55,842 nt of DNA from Octopus bimaculoides (Eukaryota). A program made the position numbers and the translations under genes. The DNA is taken from the NCBI RefSeq assembly GCF_001194135.2, contig NC_068982.1:176915370-176971211 (forward strand), written 5' to 3'. Below, piece after piece: positions 49,373-55,842 of the stretch (positions within the stretch are counted from its first letter, which is position 1; every line of letters starts with the position of its first letter). The notes beneath the pieces are model-generated. The model ran no database searches, had not been told where the DNA came from, and saw only the letters and a program-made list of their open reading frames with translations.

Positions 49373-50104
49373 ATATGTATGTATGCATGTATTTATACAT
49401 GTATTTACATATACTTATATTGAAGTGTTTTAACTTAAGAAATATTGCATTATGGATGCGTTTCCTATTTATATTCTGTAGATCTGAAACGTATGTAATT
49501 AATGATTTCAAAATATCATTATTTGGTTTGATTTTAGTATTACAGCTTTTAGAAACATGAATAAAAAGGTGCGTGTATTTGTGTATGTATAGAATGAAGG
49601 GGGAAATAATATGAGCGGAGATCGTAATATGTTTGTTTAAAAGTATACGTAATGAAAAACCGATCATTGTACTATCGAGGAGATTAACAAAATTATAGCA
49701 AAAGAAGCAAAAAATAGATAAGTAAATGAAGGAGAAAGGGATGATGAAGGGGAGGAGGTACAACATGTGGGAAGAAGGGGAAGGTAATTAACAGTAAAAG
49801 ATGTTAAATTGCAAGCAAGGTACTGTTTAGGTGCAGCTAATACTGGAAGCATTGGACCATGGCTCTGATTGGACAGGTGTGTAGATCTAGACAAAGATAT
49901 GAGATCATAAAGTTTTAGAAGTATTCAAAGATGAGGAGTATATGAAAAATATAGGGATATGAACGTGAAAGGTAAGAAAGATGGAGAGAAATGAGGAAAA
50001 GGTTGGTTTTAAAATGAAGAAGAAAGTGAAAAAGAGCCAATGCAACAATCTATCAAATCGAGTATGCGAAGAACAAATAATATGATTTGTGATTTAGCTC
50101 TAAA

Positions 50105-50284
50105 GCCGAAAATATATCCAGGGTGGGAGGGGTCGACATCATCAATCAAAGTATTTAAATTGATACTTCATTTTATCGAGTCCAGTGAATGAAAGGCAAG
50201 TCTAAACTTGGTGGAGTGTGAAGTTGAAACCTAAAGTAAAGACCGCAAATTATTTTTCCAACGCCCTAAAGAGTCTGCCATTCC
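50105..50284 (-). mobile_element. SINE family B, degenerate
   Basis: ggggtcgacatcatcaa...gatacttcattttatcgag...gaatgaaaggcaagtc...acgccctaaagagtctgcca aligns to family B. Confidence 0.65.
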
Positions 50285-50651
50285 AAAGCTCTTAGAATAT
50301 ATATAAACACAAGGCGATGATACGGAAGTTGCTGTAAAGAAATTGCAAAGATATGGCATTGATAAAGGAGAGGACAGAGAAGAGTGTGATGAAATCGTTC
50401 AAGTAAATTTCAAATTTCTACGTTCCGTATGAAAAAAAATTAATTTAATGAGAAAAACACCCTTCAGAGAAGGAAATGTGATTATTTATCTTTACAAAAT
50501 GACTCAAAGGAGGATTGTAACGAAATAAGAAGAAGGGAAGGAACCTGGTGTGGTGGAGAAAGTATTTGATGATTTTGAAGTGAACTAAGGCTACTTGTTT
50601 TAAGTTTAAATGTGAAGGATGAAACCTAATAACGTTTGGCTGTGTTTTTCG

Positions 50652-50860
50652 AGAGGAGCTAGCAGAATATTCCGGTCGCCAGATAAAAAGGTAGCGTTAT
50701 ATCTTCCGATTTTACGTACTAAGTTCAAATTCTGCTGAGGTTGACTTTGCCTTTCATCCTTTGGGGTCGATAAAATAAGTACCAGTTGAGCACTGAGTTC
50801 GATGCAATCGACTAGAATCCACTTCACACATTTCAGATTTTGTGAGTGTAGCGTAAAGGA
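50652..50860 (+). mobile_element. SINE family B
   Basis: gaggagctagcagaat...aagttcaaattctgctgaggttgactttgcctttcatcctttggggtcgataaaataagtaccagttgagcactgagttcgatgcaatcgac. Confidence 0.88.
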
Positions 50861-52249
50861 TTTATGTATAAGAGCAATAATAAATATAATTTCAAAGGCA
50901 ATATTGATAAAGGGGAAGGCGTAGGAATATGCAGACGAAGATGGGACGAAAATTAAAAAAAAACATGATTTTGATTAAACGAAAAAGAAAACGGTGATAA
51001 GAAGAGAGACGTAAAACTATCAACAGAATAAAAACAAAAGTTGCAGCAGCAGAAGACGAAGAAATTCTTGATACAATACAATCTTTCAAGAAAAAACTTG
51101 GTTTTTTTTTTTTTGAAAAATTAATTATCTTAAAGTTTCTATGAAAACTTAACTCAACAACATGAATAATATGAAAGAGTTTTGTCTAAAGGCTTTCGGC
51201 AAATTTCTGCTCTTCACAACGCATTACAAAAATTTTCTGGGCTTTTTTTCTTGCGCGCGCGCGCGTGTGTGTGTGTGTGTGTGTGTGTGCATTGCTATAC
51301 TTATAGCATTTCGTTTATATAATTTTAATGTGAAAAAATAGCAACTTTAGTAGATTACCGAAAATTTGTAACACTAAAAAAATCCGTAACAAATTAAATA
51401 CATGCCATATATATTGAAGACTTCAAAAGTGTTAGATAGAAATCTACGCCCAATTGTCACAGAAATAACCTCCAATGACCCAACGCTCTGTCCATGTTCT
51501 AGCTATAATATTGAAATTGTAAATAGGTTCTTGATTTTTATAAAATTATATGGCACATTTCAATCATAGTCCAGAATGAGTAAATATAGAGAAGACCCTA
51601 ATTATTTTTCATATGATAAATGCCATCTTCTTACGACTGGATCCCTGTAATCCAAAATAAACAAAGAAACGGATATCATTTAGGAGACATTCTCAAAACA
51701 ATTCATGCAAAAATTATATTATCACTGGCAAAAAAATATTAACATCCAATAAATGGGACAATAATTGACACAATAATCACCCTAACTTTTACAACGGTAG
51801 TGAGTTTAATACATAGAAGGAAAAAAATCTGAAATTAAGTTTGATTGGTTTCGAAACCTATTTATAATAGTATGGGAAGAGTCCACCGATCGATGACTAT
51901 CTCACAATTTGGGACACAGTAGGATCGTGTCCTTATGTTTCAAAAATTGATAAGCACCTACTTTCACTATAAAAATGAGGAAAGCTAAAGTGCCGTTTAA
52001 TATAATATGAAAATGAAAGAAAATACGATTATTACACCAGATATCTCCTGCAAAGATTGATTAGCGCAAGCCATTCTTTGACAACATGTTTCTACATTGT
52101 TGGGTCTTGTCAGCTAAAACTACCCCAGCTTAATAAATCTAACAATTTCGAGCCTCTTGCCTATTACGTCAGCAAGCGAATTGTCGTAAAGTAAAAATTG
52201 TTCTGTGATGAAACAACAGCGATCAGCATATTCCCATTCGAGTCAACAG

Positions 52250-52466
52250 ATAAACAGATACAGATAGACAGACACATAGACAGACAGACAGATAGGGAGA
52301 GAGACAGGCAGACAGATAGAAACAGAGACAGACAGATGGATAAATGTGGGATGGATAAAATGGATAGATGGATAGATGGATAGATGGATAGATGGATAGA
52401 AATATAGATGGATAGAAATATAGATGGATAGAAATATAGATGGATAGACAGATGAATAGGTAGATG

Positions 52467-52503
<37 letters not shown>

Positions 52504-52562
52504 GTAGGTAGGTAGGTAGGTAGATAGGTAGCTAGGTAGGTAGCTAGGTAGGTAGAGATAGA
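52250..52562. repeat. Compound GATA/GACA/GGAT/GGTA microsatellite with 16-bp unit gatggatagaaatata x3
   Basis: Direct inspection. Confidence 0.95.
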
Positions 52563-53269
52563 CACTTAAATAGATTAATGGACGCATACATACACACATT
52601 CATATATAGCATTAATGCACAATTATAGGTGTATGTATCTTTATATATTCTTCTTTCCCGATTACGTATTAAATGCAGTTACCTATACATGTACAATCGG
52701 GCTCATTAAAAAATAATTGAAACTAAAATGTAATTAACTCTGCATGCATCAGTAACATTTCCTGCATCATACACACATACATCCATTTGAAATAACATTC
52801 AATGAATGCGCATTCATTTCCAAAAATATCGTATTCAAAATTTCCTTGTCCTGCGTATTTGGTTTTCTGCTTGACTCCAATGACATTAAGAAGATTGCGT
52901 TAAGAATTTATTTTCCCACAGACATACCGCAGAGCAATCATCTGTTTATTGTAAAATTCTACTAGAATATTCCTTACCACACACAATCACGATCTCAAAA
53001 CCACAAATAGTTATGTACCCACATTACATTAAGACAAAGGCATAGAGCCAACCCAAGCAGACATTCCTACGCATGCATTCAAACACTCATACACACACAC
53101 ATATTTGTATGTATGTATGTATGTTTCTTTTTATGCTTGTATATGCGTGCGCTACACCACTAAGGCATAATCAACAATTTCGTACCCACTTATGCACTTA
53201 TTTTTAGTTACACATACACGCAGACACGTGTGCGCTGCGTATACATGCACACACGTACACACGCACACA

Positions 53270-53301
<32 letters not shown>

Positions 53302-54551
53302 CACACACACACGCACGCAAATATTTTATGTGTGTATATTTCTATGCAAGGCCTCAAACAAGATTATATACATGTTTATACGTACACATGTTATAACTAT
53401 CTGTTTATGTATGTATAAGAACGAGTCCCGCGTATATATTTATATTTGAGTATTATGAACTTGTGTGATGCTAAACAATTAAAAAATAGAATCCACAGGA
53501 AGTGTTGCAAATGCATTTGGAAAAAAATATAAGTAAATTACTCTCTAGACCTCTTAATGTATTTTTGCGTATTTTCTCACCAGTGTATTTCAGTGCAATT
53601 TACTGTGCGAAAAAACTTAACTCTTTTGGTGTGGTGTTTCTTTATCATTCTTTTCCCCTGGCTGAAAGAGCAGCTGAATTTGTTTTTGTTTTTTATATAT
53701 ATATATATATTTTTTTTTTTCGTTTATTTTTCTTTCTCAGTTTTTTTCGATATGATATGTTCCGCTTATGTCTGCACTTCGCCAACTTCCGCAAAATCTT
53801 CCAAACAAGAAATTTTGAAAAGCAAAACACAACAACCTTGTTGTGCACATACCTTTGATGATCGACTCTGAAGAGTGAAAATCTAATTTTAAAATTATTT
53901 CACCAAACATCATAAGCTGAAAATACGTCTAGCTTTACTTGTTTTCAACCTTGTTTATCTCCAGGTCATCCTTAATAGAGCAGTCATGTCTCGCTTCATT
54001 TCAGCCGTGACACATTTTTTTTTCTCTCTCAGACAGACTGCACCCAACTTTATATTATCGAATTTTACTTTCTTTTGAGTCTGGAAAGACTTAGGAAAGA
54101 TAGGTTCCTTCATTTATTTGTCAAGCTATTTATGATGTGTGTTGTTTCAATTGTGTTTCCTTTTGTTTCAATTGTATTTTGTTTGGTTCTTCCGCTAATT
54201 TTTGGCTATTGTTGCGCTTAATGTATTCTAGTTGGTGTCAATCCTCAGAATGAACTTCAATTTTAGGGGGTAAATATTTAAAAGACTTTTAACCTTTAAT
54301 ATATTTCATTACTACGAACTGTCTCAAAAAAAAAAACAAATCGCCATACATATTAAACTTGAGGTTCATATATTTATGAGTTTCCGTTGCACATTACAAT
54401 ATTATTGATGTGCTTCAATTATTCAGAAACCGATATGTTACTGACATTTACATGTTGTACAGTTAACCCCATATGACATTGTTACAATATACACAATAAC
54501 GTTATCTCTTTTTCTTTCTTTCATATATGAGAGAGATGCCTGTGTCCTTTA

Positions 54552-54906
54552 TTTATTGTCCCATCCTTTGCTAAGGCGGAGGTATTGTTTTCAATCGTGT
54601 TTGTTTGACTGTTTGTCCGTGGACAAGATATCTCAAGAACCACTCGATGGATTCAGATGAAACTTTCAAGGATATTTGATTAAATTTTTGGATCGATCGC
54701 GTCCCGGACAAGGATTCTCGGTTAATTTTCCGTTTTTTTTTTTACTTAATTTTTGAGAGTAGTCGGTTTCATTATTAGTATTCTCCTTTGTGAGAGCAGT
54801 CGACATTGTTTCAGATATTCTCATTTTAAAAATCATCTCTGGCTAATCGTTCAGAAGACATTGGTGTTACCTTGGATTAGGTTTGCACTCTCTGAGTGCT
54901 CTTCTT
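54552..54906 (+). mobile_element. Helentron-associated non-autonomous element (HINE / DINE-1-like)
   Basis: 5' tttattgtccc..ctttgctaaggcggaggtattgttttc, gtttgtttgactgtttgtccg microsatellite, gatatctcaagaac..gatggattcagatgaaacttt core, 3' accttggattaggtttgcactctctgagtgc with perfect gcactc-tct-gagtgc hairpin; T-rich flanks. Confidence 0.8.
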
Positions 54907-55811
54907 TATCTATTTATTCATTTACTCACATTTTGCAGCTTCCTGCGTTTTGAATCTGTTAATAATCTCTAATTATTGTTATGAGGAAAATCAAAATATT
55001 AACATATTTCTTCGTCGATGAAACTCGATGCAGAAAACCTGATTGCTACTATCAATTATACTACATTCATGAGTATGTTTGTTCTTAATATTCGTACAAG
55101 TTAGCTTGGGCTGATTATTATATTTTAACGCTAGTTAATGCTTTCGAATATATTCTACATTGTACTTACATAGAATTAACACATATTTTTGTTAATTTTG
55201 TAAATTTATCTCTCTATATGCATATATAATAATATCTAATTAGCTTAAAGCTTATAAGGGATCATCGTATAAAGACCAAAGAAAATTTAATATTGGGGTA
55301 CATAAGGCCTCGACAAGTGTGTTACCATTACGCCAAAGCACCCCTGGTTTCTTTCCGCCAGATTTAAGAACTATAATTTCTTCATGGTATTATTTTTGTA
55401 AACAAACATCATGTACGCTTACTGCGATGGTTTTTGGTTAGCAGTGCGATTTTTGCAATTCTGTAAATAATAATAATCATATTTTATAAGCTTTAAGCTT
55501 ATAAGCGATCACTGTATAACTATTTCTTTTAGTCACTTCACATCGCAGAAACGCACATGATGTTTGTTTACTAAAACCACACAATGAACTAATTATAGTT
55601 CAGCTGGAGGAGACGTCCTCTTGGGGTTTTAAAATTGTAGTAACGTTAGTCGCTACAGAACAGCTATGTTGAAGTGGCGATAAACATTACTTCTCACTAT
55701 AGTTAGTACTTTCATCTGTTATAGAGATATTCTAACAACCTAATTTACTTGTTGCGTATACATATATACATATTCGTATATATATTCATATATATGTTAT
55801 ATATGTATATA

Positions 55812-55842
<31 letters not shown>

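Noticed and set aside
53868-53912. CTGAAGA-stem-CAAAC hammerhead look-alike
   Set aside because: G12 missing and stem I cannot form

Overview
AT-rich animal genomic DNA from a draft assembly. The SINE families, microsatellite load and TE types point to a coleoid cephalopod, most likely Octopus (inference). N gaps lie at about 1174-1349, 4400-4992, 9347-9356, 15505-15552, 23619-24113, 26556-26921, 28380-28563, 30764-30773, 40482-40925 and 46782-46917. No complete host gene is visible; the window looks intronic or intergenic. It is filled with decayed transposons (CR1-like, Dong/R4-like x2, Tx1/L1-like x2, RTE-BovB-like, Penelope, Tigger/pogo, Tc1, maT-like, Chapaev3-like, a MULE-type MITE, a TA-flanked foldback element, a Helentron-type HINE), three tRNA-derived SINE families and many microsatellites. 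Host-gene candidates are one possible terminal coding exon (7648-7769, +), a textbook intron (33362-33532, +) and a CpG-rich region with outward-facing splice donors (18.5-19.4 kb). The most notable observations are three minimal hammerhead-ribozyme-like motifs sharing an extra A after A9, retrotransposons sitting in specific microsatellites ((GATA)n, (TAA)n), a 3' tail shared by a SINE and a CR1 LINE, and several long foldback structures. All family assignments come from manual translation and motif recall, not database searches.
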